From Mycobacterium tuberculosis H37Rv (lineage in GTDB: Bacteria > Actinomycetota > Actinomycetes > Mycobacteriales > Mycobacteriaceae), in NCBI RefSeq assembly GCF_000195955.2, contig NC_000962.3, positions 2,220,001 through 2,252,000 on the forward strand: 32,000 nucleotides of DNA, in the 5' to 3' direction. The notes below the pieces were generated by a model that was not told where the DNA came from, searched no databases, and saw nothing but the letters and a program-made list of their open reading frames with translations. Position numbers and translations under genes: made by a program. Shown here in pieces: positions 20,159-29,477 of the stretch (positions are counted from its first letter, which is position 1; every line of letters begins with the position of its first letter).

Positions 20159-22876
20159 TTGTCGGCGTCAGTGTCTGCCACGACGGCTCATCATGGCTTG
20201 CCAGCACATGAAGTGGTGCTGCTGCTGGAGAGCGATCCATATCACGGGCTGTCCGACGGCGAGGCCGCCCAACGACTAGAACGCTTCGGGCCCAACACCT
20301 TGGCGGTGGTAACGCGCGCTAGCTTGCTGGCCCGCATCCTGCGGCAGTTTCATCACCCGCTGATCTACGTTCTGCTCGTTGCCGGGACGATCACCGCCGG
20401 TCTTAAGGAATTCGTTGACGCCGCAGTGATCTTCGGTGTGGTGGTGATCAATGCGATCGTGGGTTTCATTCAAGAATCCAAGGCAGAGGCCGCACTGCAG
20501 GGCCTGCGCTCCATGGTGCACACCCACGCCAAGGTGGTGCGCGAGGGTCACGAGCACACAATGCCATCCGAAGAGCTGGTTCCCGGTGACCTTGTGCTGT
20601 TAGCGGCCGGTGACAAGGTTCCCGCCGATTTGCGGCTGGTGCGACAGACCGGATTGAGCGTGAACGAGTCAGCACTTACCGGCGAGTCGACGCCGGTTCA
20701 CAAGGACGAGGTGGCGTTGCCGGAGGGCACACCGGTCGCTGATCGTCGCAATATCGCGTATTCCGGCACATTGGTAACCGCGGGCCATGGCGCCGGGATC
20801 GTCGTCGCGACCGGCGCCGAAACCGAACTCGGTGAGATTCATCGGCTCGTTGGGGCCGCCGAGGTTGTCGCCACACCGCTGACCGCGAAGCTGGCGTGGT
20901 TCAGCAAGTTTCTGACCATCGCCATCCTGGGTCTGGCAGCGCTCACGTTCGGCGTGGGTTTGCTGCGCCGGCAAGATGCCGTCGAAACGTTCACCGCTGC
21001 GATCGCGCTGGCGGTCGGGGCAATTCCCGAAGGTCTGCCCACCGCCGTGACCATCACCTTGGCCATCGGCATGGCCCGGATGGCCAAGCGCCGCGCGGTC
21101 ATTCGACGTCTACCCGCGGTGGAAACGCTGGGCAGCACCACGGTCATCTGCGCCGACAAGACCGGAACGCTGACCGAGAATCAGATGACGGTCCAGTCGA
21201 TCTGGACACCCCACGGTGAGATCCGGGCGACCGGAACGGGCTATGCACCCGACGTCCTCCTGTGCGACACCGACGACGCGCCGGTTCCGGTGAATGCCAA
21301 TGCGGCCCTTCGCTGGTCGCTGCTGGCCGGTGCCTGCAGCAACGACGCCGCACTGGTTCGCGACGGCACACGCTGGCAGATCGTCGGCGATCCCACCGAG
21401 GGCGCGATGCTCGTCGTGGCCGCCAAGGCCGGCTTCAACCCGGAGCGGCTGGCGACAACTCTGCCGCAAGTGGCAGCCATACCGTTCAGTTCCGAGCGGC
21501 AATACATGGCCACCCTGCATCGCGACGGGACGGATCATGTGGTGCTGGCCAAGGGTGCTGTGGAGCGCATGCTCGACCTGTGCGGCACCGAGATGGGCGC
21601 CGACGGCGCATTGCGGCCGCTGGACCGCGCCACCGTGTTGCGTGCCACCGAAATGTTGACTTCCCGGGGGTTGCGGGTGCTGGCAACCGGGATGGGTGCC
21701 GGCGCCGGCACTCCCGACGACTTCGACGAAAACGTGATACCAGGTTCGCTGGCGCTGACCGGCCTGCAAGCGATGAGCGATCCACCACGAGCGGCCGCGG
21801 CATCGGCGGTGGCGGCCTGCCACAGTGCCGGCATTGCGGTAAAAATGATTACCGGTGACCACGCGGGCACCGCCACGGCGATCGCAACCGAGGTGGGGTT
21901 GCTCGACAACACTGAACCGGCGGCAGGCTCGGTCCTGACGGGTGCCGAGCTGGCCGCGCTGAGCGCAGACCAGTACCCGGAGGCCGTGGATACAGCCAGC
22001 GTGTTTGCCAGGGTCTCTCCCGAGCAGAAGCTGCGGTTGGTGCAAGCATTGCAGGCCAGGGGGCACGTCGTCGCGATGACCGGCGACGGCGTCAACGACG
22101 CCCCGGCCTTGCGTCAGGCCAACATTGGCGTCGCGATGGGCCGCGGTGGCACCGAGGTCGCCAAGGATGCCGCCGACATGGTGTTGACCGACGACGACTT
22201 CGCCACCATCGAAGCCGCGGTCGAGGAAGGCCGCGGCGTATTCGACAATCTGACCAAGTTCATCACCTGGACGCTGCCCACCAACCTCGGTGAGGGCCTA
22301 GTGATCTTGGCCGCCATCGCTGTTGGCGTCGCCTTGCCGATTCTGCCCACCCAAATTCTGTGGATCAACATGACCACAGCGATCGCGCTCGGACTCATGC
22401 TCGCGTTCGAGCCCAAGGAGGCCGGAATCATGACCCGGCCACCGCGCGACCCCGACCAACCGCTGCTGACCGGCTGGCTTGTCAGGCGGACTCTTCTGGT
22501 TTCCACCTTGCTCGTCGCCAGCGCGTGGTGGCTGTTTGCATGGGAGCTCGACAATGGCGCGGGCCTGCATGAGGCGCGCACGGCGGCGCTGAACCTGTTC
22601 GTCGTCGTCGAGGCGTTCTATCTGTTCAGCTGCCGGTCGCTGACCCGATCGGCCTGGCGGCTCGGCATGTTCGCCAACCGCTGGATCATCCTCGGCGTCA
22701 GTGCGCAGGCCATCGCGCAATTCGCGATCACATATCTACCCGCGATGAATATGGTGTTCGACACCGCGCCAATCGATATCGGGGTGTGGGTGCGCATATT
22801 CGCTGTCGCGACCGCAATCACGATTGTGGTGGCCACCGACACGCTGCTGCCGAGAATACGGGCGCAACCGCCATGA
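20159..22876 (+). CDS. ctpF: P2-type cation (Ca2+-like) ATPase CtpF
   Basis: TTG start, 905 aa. DKTGTLTENQM, TGESTPV, GDGVNDAPALRQANIGVAMG. Confidence 0.93.
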   Translation: MSASVSATTAHHGLPAHEVVLLLESDPYHGLSDGEAAQRLERFGPNTLAVVTRASLLARILRQFHHPLIYVLLVAGTITAGLKEFVDAAVIFGVVVINAIVGFIQESKAEAALQGLRSMVHTHAKVVREGHEHTMPSEELVPGDLVLLAAGDKVPADLRLVRQTGLSVNESALTGESTPVHKDEVALPEGTPVADRRNIAYSGTLVTAGHGAGIVVATGAETELGEIHRLVGAAEVVATPLTAKLAWFSKFLTIAILGLAALTFGVGLLRRQDAVETFTAAIALAVGAIPEGLPTAVTITLAIGMARMAKRRAVIRRLPAVETLGSTTVICADKTGTLTENQMTVQSIWTPHGEIRATGTGYAPDVLLCDTDDAPVPVNANAALRWSLLAGACSNDAALVRDGTRWQIVGDPTEGAMLVVAAKAGFNPERLATTLPQVAAIPFSSERQYMATLHRDGTDHVVLAKGAVERMLDLCGTEMGADGALRPLDRATVLRATEMLTSRGLRVLATGMGAGAGTPDDFDENVIPGSLALTGLQAMSDPPRAAAASAVAACHSAGIAVKMITGDHAGTATAIATEVGLLDNTEPAAGSVLTGAELAALSADQYPEAVDTASVFARVSPEQKLRLVQALQARGHVVAMTGDGVNDAPALRQANIGVAMGRGGTEVAKDAADMVLTDDDFATIEAAVEEGRGVFDNLTKFITWTLPTNLGEGLVILAAIAVGVALPILPTQILWINMTTAIALGLMLAFEPKEAGIMTRPPRDPDQPLLTGWLVRRTLLVSTLLVASAWWLFAWELDNGAGLHEARTAALNLFVVVEAFYLFSCRSLTRSAWRLGMFANRWIILGVSAQAIAQFAITYLPAMNMVFDTAPIDIGVWVRIFAVATAITIVVATDTLLPRIRAQPP

Positions 22877-22944
22877 TGCCCCGTCCGTGAGTACGGTGTG
22901 CGTGCGGTCGATCCGGCCAGAGTTACCAGGTCGGAACTAGCCAG

Positions 22945-23721
22945 TTACGTTGTACTCGTGCGGTTCTCGTAGTCAACCAAGCGTGCCTGCAGTTCGGCGT
23001 ACGGTACGGACCGTGGCAGCTGCTCTCCGTCGCTCACGGCCCGAGCCGCGTGGGCCGCTGCATACAACCCCGCGCTGTAGGGCACTGAACCGGTTGACAC
23101 CCGGGCCACCCCGAGCTCACCAAGGTCGGCGATCGTCAAGCCGGGCACGGGCAACGTGTTAACCGGGCACGGAATGTTGCGAGTGAGCTCAGCAAGTTCG
23201 TCGGGATCGTTGGCCAGTGGGACAAAGACGCCGTCGGCGCCGGCATCGACGTAGCGAAGTGCGCGCTGGATCGTGCTGGTGGTATCGGCGTGCTGGCGCA
23301 ACCAATAGGTGTCGACGCGGGCGTTGACGAACACCTCGGGGTTACGTTGTTTGATCGCAACGATTTTAGCGGCTGCCAGGGCGGGGTCGATGAGCTTTTC
23401 GGCGCTACTGTCCTCGATATTGATTCCGGCTGTCGACAGTTGTGCGACGTAGTCAGCAATGGCGTCGGGTTCGTCGCTGTATCCGTCCTCGATGTCGACG
23501 CTGACGTAGCATTGCAGCGGTGCCAGGGCGGCCGCCAGTGCGATGTTGGCGCCGCGAGTGGCGCGGTGCCCGTCCGGGTGCCCGCCGCTGGACGAGACCC
23601 CGAAACTGGTTGTGCCGATAGCCGTGAAGCCCTCCGCGAGGTAGGCCAGGGCCGACGGCACATCCCAGGCGTTGGGCAACACGAACGGAACACCTTGGTG
23701 ATGAAGATCGTGGAAACTCAT
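22945..23721 (-). CDS. Isocitrate lyase/PEP mutase superfamily protein (Rv1998c-like)
   Basis: 258 aa. FVLPNAWDVPSALAYL, YVSVDIEDGYSD, VFVNARVDTYW. Confidence 0.9.
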   Translation of the reverse strand: MSFHDLHHQGVPFVLPNAWDVPSALAYLAEGFTAIGTTSFGVSSSGGHPDGHRATRGANIALAAALAPLQCYVSVDIEDGYSDEPDAIADYVAQLSTAGINIEDSSAEKLIDPALAAAKIVAIKQRNPEVFVNARVDTYWLRQHADTTSTIQRALRYVDAGADGVFVPLANDPDELAELTRNIPCPVNTLPVPGLTIADLGELGVARVSTGSVPYSAGLYAAAHAARAVSDGEQLPRSVPYAELQARLVDYENRTSTT

Positions 23722-23815
23722 TCCCTACCTCCCTGCTGGCGGATGGGCCTGATTGTATGTGTGACCCGCGTCAGCAGGGTCAGTCGGTGAGACCCGTCGC
23801 CGCTGGCCGATTCAA

Positions 23816-25138
23816 CTAGGTTGCGGACGGATGACCACTTCGTTGGGTATCACCAGAATCAGTCTGTCGTGCTCGACGAGTGATGATGCGGCGCACACCG
23901 TATGCCGCCACACCGACACCGAGCACCGCGGCCCCGGCGGCCACCGAGGAGAGTGGCAGCGCGAACGCCAGGACTACGCAGCCGATCAGTCCCACCAGCG
24001 GAATCAGGCGGCGGGGCCGGCCCTCGTCGAGCCCCAGAGTCAAGGCGGAGGCGTTGGCGATCGCGTAGTAGACCAGCACACCGAAGGACGAAAAGCCGAT
24101 CGCACCACGGATATCCGCTGTCGCCGCCAGCGCCGCCACCACCGCGCCAACCACCAGTTCGGCACGAAAGGGCACCTTGAACCTAGGGTGCACGGCGGCC
24201 AGCCAGCGCGGTAGGTGCCGGTCGCGTGCCATCGCCAAGGTGGTGCGGGAGACCCCGAGAATCAAGGCCAGTAGCGAGCCCAATGCGGCCACCGCGGCCC
24301 CTATCTGCACGACGGGAATCAGCCAGTTCACCCCCGCGACCCGCATGGCCTCCGACAACGGGGCGGCGGCCCGCGCGAGCCGCTGCGGACCCAACACAGC
24401 GATCACGGCCACGGCGACCAGGGCATACACCGCCAGGGTGATGCCCAGCGCCAGCGGGATGGCGCGTGGGATCGTGCGGGCCGGGTCGCGGACCTCCTCC
24501 CCCAGCGTGGCGATGCGGGCATAGCCGGCGAACGCGAAAAACAGCAGGCCGGCCGCCTGCAGCATCCCCCAGACGTGTGCATCTACACCGATATCGAGTC
24601 GCGCCGGGTCCGCAGCGCCGGAGCCATAGGCGGCGACCACGACTGCGGTCAAGACCACCAACACCACGGCGACGATCGACCGGGTGAGCCAGGCGGACTT
24701 CTGTATCCCGGCGTAGTTCACCGCGGTCAGTGCCACCACCACGGCGACGGCCACCGCGTGCGCTTGCGCGGGCCACACATAGAAGCCGACCGTCAACGCC
24801 ATCGCCGCACACGATGCCGTCTTGCCGACCACAAAGCCCCAGCCCGCCAGGTATCCCCAGAAGTCGCCCAGCCGCATCCGGCCATACACATAGGTGCCCC
24901 CCGAGGCCGGGTAGCGCGCGGCCAGCCGCGCCGACGAGATCGCATTGCAGTAGGCCACCACCGCGGCCACTGCCAACCCGAGCAACAACCCAGAACCGGC
25001 CGCGTACGCGGCCGGGGCCAGGGCGGCAAAGATTCCGGCACCGATCATGGACCCAAGCCCGATCACCACCGCATCCAAGAGCCCCAGCCGTCGCCGCAGC
25101 TCATCTGGAATATCGCGTGGGTCTAGCGGGCGTCTCAT
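23816..25138 (-). CDS. APC-superfamily amino acid/cationic amino acid transporter (Rv1999c-like)
   Basis: 440 aa. LGLLDAVVIGLGSMIGAGIFAALAPAA and multiple hydrophobic helices. Confidence 0.9.
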   Translation of the reverse strand: MRRPLDPRDIPDELRRRLGLLDAVVIGLGSMIGAGIFAALAPAAYAAGSGLLLGLAVAAVVAYCNAISSARLAARYPASGGTYVYGRMRLGDFWGYLAGWGFVVGKTASCAAMALTVGFYVWPAQAHAVAVAVVVALTAVNYAGIQKSAWLTRSIVAVVLVVLTAVVVAAYGSGAADPARLDIGVDAHVWGMLQAAGLLFFAFAGYARIATLGEEVRDPARTIPRAIPLALGITLAVYALVAVAVIAVLGPQRLARAAAPLSEAMRVAGVNWLIPVVQIGAAVAALGSLLALILGVSRTTLAMARDRHLPRWLAAVHPRFKVPFRAELVVGAVVAALAATADIRGAIGFSSFGVLVYYAIANASALTLGLDEGRPRRLIPLVGLIGCVVLAFALPLSSVAAGAAVLGVGVAAYGVRRIITRRARQTDSGDTQRSGHPSAT

Positions 25139-25161
25139 GCCTCGATAAGGCTACGGCATCC

Positions 25162-25180
25162 GATATCGGTATACGATATC
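25162..25180. promoter_or_regulatory. Near-palindromic element in the Rv1999c/Rv2000 divergent region
   Basis: GATATC-G-GTATAC-GATATC (GATATCGGTATACGATATC). Confidence 0.35.
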
Positions 25181-25208
25181 TACCCGGAATTTGACGCCCG
25201 AGACCCGC

Positions 25209-26822
25209 ATGCGTCCAGGGTTTGTGGGTTTGGGGTTTGGTCAGTGGCCGGTCTACGTTGTTCGCTGGCCTAAACTCCACCTGACGCCGCGGCAGCGAAA
25301 GCGTGTCTTGCATCGGCGACGATTGCTCACCGATCGCCCGATTTCGTTGTCACAAATTCCAATCCGCACAGGAGGGCCCATGAACGACCCGTGGCCCAGG
25401 CCAACGCAAGGGCCGGCGAAAACCATCGAAACCGACTACCTGGTGATAGGTGCCGGAGCGATGGGAATGGCATTCACGGATACCCTCATCACCGAGTCCG
25501 GTGCGCGCGTCGTCATGATCGACCGCGCATGTCAACCTGGTGGACATTGGACCACCGCCTACCCGTTCGTGCGGCTACACCAGCCATCGGCCTATTACGG
25601 CGTCAACTCAAGGGCACTAGGCAACAACACCATTGACCTCGTCGGTTGGAACCAGGGACTGAACGAACTGGCACCAGTCGGCGAGATATGCGCCTACTTC
25701 GATGCTGTATTGCAGCAGCAACTGCTCCCCACCGGGCGGGTTGACTACTTCCCGATGAGCGAATACCTGGGCGACGGCCGGTTCCGGACACTGGCAGGCA
25801 CCGAATACGTCGTCACCGTCAATCGGCGCATCGTCGATGCCACCTACCTGCGTGCCGTCGTACCGTCGATGCGGCCGGCGCCGTACTCGGTTGCACCCGG
25901 CGTCGACTGCGTCGCTCCAAACGAACTGCCCAAACTCGGCACCCGGGATCGCTACGTGGTCGTCGGTGCCGGCAAGACCGGCATGGACGTCTGCCTATGG
26001 TTGCTCCGAAACGACGTCTGCCCTGACAAGCTGACCTGGATCATGCCGCGTGATTCCTGGCTGATCGACCGAGCGACGCTGCAGCCCGGGCCCACATTCG
26101 TCAGGCAGTTCAGGGAAAGCTACGGTGCGACTCTCGAGGCCATCGGGGCCGCGACCTCGACCGACGATCTGTTCGACCGACTAGAGACCGCCGGAACCCT
26201 GCTGCGCATCGACCCCTCGGTGCGTCCGAGCATGTATCGCTGCGCCACTGTGTCGCACCTCGAACTCGAGCAGCTGCGCCGTATCCGCGACATCGTCAGG
26301 ATGGGCCACGTCCAACGCATCGAGCCCACCACGATAGTGCTCGACGGCGGATCGGTTCCCGCCACACCCACGGCCCTCTATATTGACTGCACCGCCGATG
26401 GAGCACCACAACGTCCAGCCAAGCCGGTTTTCGACGCAGACCACCTAACCCTGCAAGCCGTGCGCGGATGCCAACAGGTGTTCAGCGCCGCGTTTATCGC
26501 GCACGTCGAATTCGCCTACGAGGACGACGCGGTGAAAAACGAACTCTGTACCCCGATTCCACACCCGGACTGCGATCTGGACTGGATGCGTCTGATGCAC
26601 TCCGATCTAGGCAACTTTCAGCGCTGGTTAAACGACCCCGATCTGACGGACTGGCTGAGCTCGGCGCGGTTGAACTTGCTCGCCGACCTGCTGCCGCCGT
26701 TGTCTCACAAGCCGCGGGTGCGCGAGCGGGTGGTGTCGATGTTCCAAAAGAGGTTGGGCACCGCCGGCGACCAGCTAGCGAAGCTGCTCGACGCCGCCAC
26801 CGCAACAACCGAACAACGCTAA
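25209..26822 (+). CDS. FAD/NAD(P)-dependent flavoprotein oxidoreductase-like (Rv2000-like). True start may be 25381
   Basis: ORF with YLVIGAGAMGMAFTDTLI and YVVVGAGKTGMDVCLWL dinucleotide-binding motifs. The long form follows the conventional annotation. See finding on start site. Confidence 0.75.
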   Translation: MRPGFVGLGFGQWPVYVVRWPKLHLTPRQRKRVLHRRRLLTDRPISLSQIPIRTGGPMNDPWPRPTQGPAKTIETDYLVIGAGAMGMAFTDTLITESGARVVMIDRACQPGGHWTTAYPFVRLHQPSAYYGVNSRALGNNTIDLVGWNQGLNELAPVGEICAYFDAVLQQQLLPTGRVDYFPMSEYLGDGRFRTLAGTEYVVTVNRRIVDATYLRAVVPSMRPAPYSVAPGVDCVAPNELPKLGTRDRYVVVGAGKTGMDVCLWLLRNDVCPDKLTWIMPRDSWLIDRATLQPGPTFVRQFRESYGATLEAIGAATSTDDLFDRLETAGTLLRIDPSVRPSMYRCATVSHLELEQLRRIRDIVRMGHVQRIEPTTIVLDGGSVPATPTALYIDCTADGAPQRPAKPVFDADHLTLQAVRGCQQVFSAAFIAHVEFAYEDDAVKNELCTPIPHPDCDLDWMRLMHSDLGNFQRWLNDPDLTDWLSSARLNLLADLLPPLSHKPRVRERVVSMFQKRLGTAGDQLAKLLDAATATTEQR

Positions 26823-26831
26823 GGATCGGCC

Positions 26832-27584
26832 GTGCACCATAACCGCGATGTCGACTTGGCGCTTGTCGAGCGACCCAGCTCGGGATACGTCTACACAACG
26901 GGTTGGCGACTGGCCACAACGGACATCGACGAGCACCAACAACTGCGCCTCGACGGTGTGGCGCGCTATATCCAAGAGGTCGGTGCCGAGCATCTCGCCG
27001 ATGCCCAATTGGCAGAGGTCCATCCCCATTGGATTGTCCTGCGCACGGTCATCGATGTCATCAACCCGATTGAGCTACCCAGCGACATCACCTTTCACCG
27101 GTGGTGCGCAGCGCTTTCCACCAGGTGGTGCAGCATGCGTGTGCAGCTGCAAGGATCCGCCGGCGGCCGCATCGAAACCGAAGGGTTCTGGATCTGCGTG
27201 AACAAAGACACCCTGACGCCGTCCCGTCTCACCGATGACTGCATCGCACGTTTCGGCAGCACCACCGAAAACCACCGGCTCAAGTGGCGCCCATGGCTCA
27301 CCGGGCCGAACATCGATGGTACCGAGACACCATTTCCCTTGCGTCGCACGGATATTGACCCGTTCGAGCATGTCAACAACACCATCTACTGGCACGGTGT
27401 GCACGAAATACTCTGCCAGATACCCACCCTGACGGCACCCTACCGCGCCGTGCTCGAGTACCGCAGCCCCATCAAGTCCGGCGAACCGCTGACCATTCGT
27501 TACGAGCAGCACGACGACGTCGTGCGCATGCACTTCGTCGTCGGCGACGACGTGCGCGCGGCAGCGCTGCTGCGCAGGCTATAA
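26832..27584 (+). CDS. Acyl-ACP thioesterase-like (double hotdog) protein (Rv2001-like)
   Basis: GTG start, 250 aa. RLDGVARYIQEVGAEHL, WIVLRTVIDV, RRTDIDPFEHVNNTIYW typical of Fat/thioesterase folds. Confidence 0.85.
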   Translation: MHHNRDVDLALVERPSSGYVYTTGWRLATTDIDEHQQLRLDGVARYIQEVGAEHLADAQLAEVHPHWIVLRTVIDVINPIELPSDITFHRWCAALSTRWCSMRVQLQGSAGGRIETEGFWICVNKDTLTPSRLTDDCIARFGSTTENHRLKWRPWLTGPNIDGTETPFPLRRTDIDPFEHVNNTIYWHGVHEILCQIPTLTAPYRAVLEYRSPIKSGEPLTIRYEQHDDVVRMHFVVGDDVRAAALLRRL

Positions 27585-27659
27585 CCGTCTGGACGAATCG
27601 GCGGTATGCCGACCACCATGAACCAAGGTCCGCAACGCATCGAAGCACGAGGAGAATCC

Positions 27660-28442
27660 ATGTCTGGACGGTTGATAGGAAAGGTCGCACTTGTCAGCGG
27701 CGGGGCGCGCGGTATGGGTGCATCCCATGTGCGGGCGATGGTGGCCGAAGGCGCAAAGGTTGTGTTCGGCGACATCCTCGACGAGGAGGGCAAGGCGGTG
27801 GCCGCCGAACTGGCCGATGCGGCCCGCTACGTCCATCTCGACGTTACCCAACCCGCGCAATGGACGGCTGCGGTGGACACCGCGGTCACCGCATTCGGTG
27901 GCCTGCACGTGCTGGTCAACAACGCCGGCATTCTCAACATCGGGACGATCGAGGACTACGCCCTCACCGAATGGCAGCGCATCCTCGATGTCAACCTGAC
28001 CGGAGTCTTCCTGGGCATCCGCGCTGTCGTCAAGCCAATGAAAGAGGCTGGTCGCGGCTCCATCATCAACATTTCGTCGATCGAGGGGCTGGCCGGCACG
28101 GTTGCTTGTCATGGCTATACCGCCACCAAGTTCGCCGTGCGGGGGCTGACCAAGTCCACCGCTCTCGAGTTGGGGCCCAGCGGAATTCGAGTCAACTCGA
28201 TTCACCCTGGGTTGGTCAAGACGCCGATGACTGACTGGGTCCCCGAAGACATCTTCCAGACCGCGCTGGGCCGCGCGGCCGAACCCGTGGAAGTGTCCAA
28301 CCTCGTCGTCTACCTGGCCAGCGATGAGTCGAGCTATTCCACCGGCGCGGAATTTGTGGTCGACGGCGGGACCGTAGCTGGCCTGGCACACAACGACTTC
28401 GGTGCCGTCGAGGTGTCCTCGCAGCCGGAATGGGTGACGTAA
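27660..28442 (+). CDS. fabG3: NADH-dependent hydroxysteroid (3-alpha,20-beta) dehydrogenase, SDR family
   Basis: 260 aa from MSGRLIGKVALVSGGARGMGASHVRAMVAEGAKVVFGDI. NNAG, YxxxK (GYTATKFAV). Confidence 0.93.
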   Translation: MSGRLIGKVALVSGGARGMGASHVRAMVAEGAKVVFGDILDEEGKAVAAELADAARYVHLDVTQPAQWTAAVDTAVTAFGGLHVLVNNAGILNIGTIEDYALTEWQRILDVNLTGVFLGIRAVVKPMKEAGRGSIINISSIEGLAGTVACHGYTATKFAVRGLTKSTALELGPSGIRVNSIHPGLVKTPMTDWVPEDIFQTALGRAAEPVEVSNLVVYLASDESSYSTGAEFVVDGGTVAGLAHNDFGAVEVSSQPEWVT

Positions 28443-28562
28443 ACGCCGATTGGCAGGCAATGCCCGACCGGTCTGGCGATGACGATCGCGTCCGCGCTCA
28501 ACCGCAATCGGATACCCAGCCGGCCTGTCCCGCACCCGGCCCAAGGAACGGCGTCGTGGTGG

Positions 28563-29270
28563 CTATTCCGACTCGAGTGGGTGATCATCCTTAGGCTCGT
28601 GCGCTTGGTCGACCGCCGAGATAGCAACGAAGCCGGCGCCGGCTTGGATACCGTCATGGGCGGCTTCGATGTCGTACCGGGCGAGTCCCGGCGGTTGGTG
28701 CAGCGTGCAGCGGCGGGCGATGACCCGGAATCCCGAGTCTGCGAGCAGTTGTTCGAGTTCGGCCGCGGTGTAGAAGCGGGCGTCGCGGTAGCCTGGCTGT
28801 CCGCGGGCCGCGCGCAGAGCGTACAGGTCGGCCCACGGTGTCCCGCGAGGCAAGAACCCGATAACAAGGCCGCCGCCGTCGGCGAGCAGACGCCGCGTTT
28901 CCCGGAATATGGCGGCCGGGTCGGTGACGAAACAGAGCGTGAATGCCATGAGGACCGCCCCGAAGTGCCGGCTGACGAAAGGGACCGCCTCGCCGACGGC
29001 ATTGGCGACCAGGACGCCGCGCCGGCGTGCGAACATCAGCGCATCACGGGATGGATCGAGTCCGAACCGCACGCCGAGCAGGTCGGCGAAACGTCCTGTA
29101 CCGACACCGATTTCCAAGCGTGGCTGGGCAAAGACCTCGATGAGCGGCCGCAACGCGGCGACCTCGGTCGCCAGGATCGGCCGCCCGGTGGGTGAGTCAT
29201 ACCAGGCGTCGTAGGCCGCCGCGTCGCGCCCGGCGGCCGACGATGCCGGCATCCGGGTGTCAGGCGTCAC
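28563..29270 (-). CDS. SAM-dependent methyltransferase (Rv2003c-like). Conventional ORF extends to 29420
   Basis: Methyltransferase_11-like motifs LEIGVGTGRFADLLGVRFGLDPS, AVGEAVPFVSRHFGAVLMAFTLCFVTD. GTG at 29270 or ATG at 29252 is a plausible start. The 285 aa long form starts at 29420. Confidence 0.75.
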   Translation of the reverse strand: MTPDTRMPASSAAGRDAAAYDAWYDSPTGRPILATEVAALRPLIEVFAQPRLEIGVGTGRFADLLGVRFGLDPSRDALMFARRRGVLVANAVGEAVPFVSRHFGAVLMAFTLCFVTDPAAIFRETRRLLADGGGLVIGFLPRGTPWADLYALRAARGQPGYRDARFYTAAELEQLLADSGFRVIARRCTLHQPPGLARYDIEAAHDGIQAGAGFVAISAVDQAHEPKDDHPLESE

Positions 29271-29457
29271 CGCGAGCTGATTCCAGCAACAATCGGCGTT
29301 CGGCGGCCGCGACCGACCCCGGGGTAGCAGCAATCGCGCCCGAATGGACCGACACTGAGGTGATTCCCATCCGGACCAGATGCTCGGCGAAAGTCGGGTT
29401 GCCCGAGAGCGCTTGACCACACAGCGACGATGTGCTGCTGACAGTGATGGTTGGCAT
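29260..29457 (-). CDS. Short ORF resembling the C-terminal end of PEP synthase / pyruvate phosphate dikinase (relic or mini-gene)
   Basis: 65 aa ...SSLCGQALSGNPTFAEHLVRMGITSVSVHSGAIAATPGSVAAAERRLLLESARGDA vs the family pattern GICGQxPSDHPxFAxxLxxxGIDSxSxNPDxxxxT. AAAGGA lies 6-8 nt upstream of the ATG on the minus strand. Confidence 0.55.
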   Translation of the reverse strand: MPTITVSSTSSLCGQALSGNPTFAEHLVRMGITSVSVHSGAIAATPGSVAAAERRLLLESARGDA

Positions 29458-29477
29458 CGGTTTTCCTTTCGGCGTTC

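Noticed and set aside
21110-22066. 318 aa minus-strand ORF antisense to ctpF
   Set aside because: Shadow ORF opposite a conserved P-type ATPase catalytic region.
24183-24812. 209 aa ORF in an alternate frame of the APC transporter gene
   Set aside because: Arg/Gly/Asp-rich shadow frame. The transporter frame explains the region.
27579-28544. 321 aa minus-strand ORF antisense to fabG3
   Set aside because: The fabG3 frame has all SDR motifs. The antisense frame has none and is a GC3-driven artefact.
28479-29195. 238 aa plus-strand ORF antisense to the methyltransferase
   Set aside because: No domain features. It mirrors the conserved methyltransferase frame.
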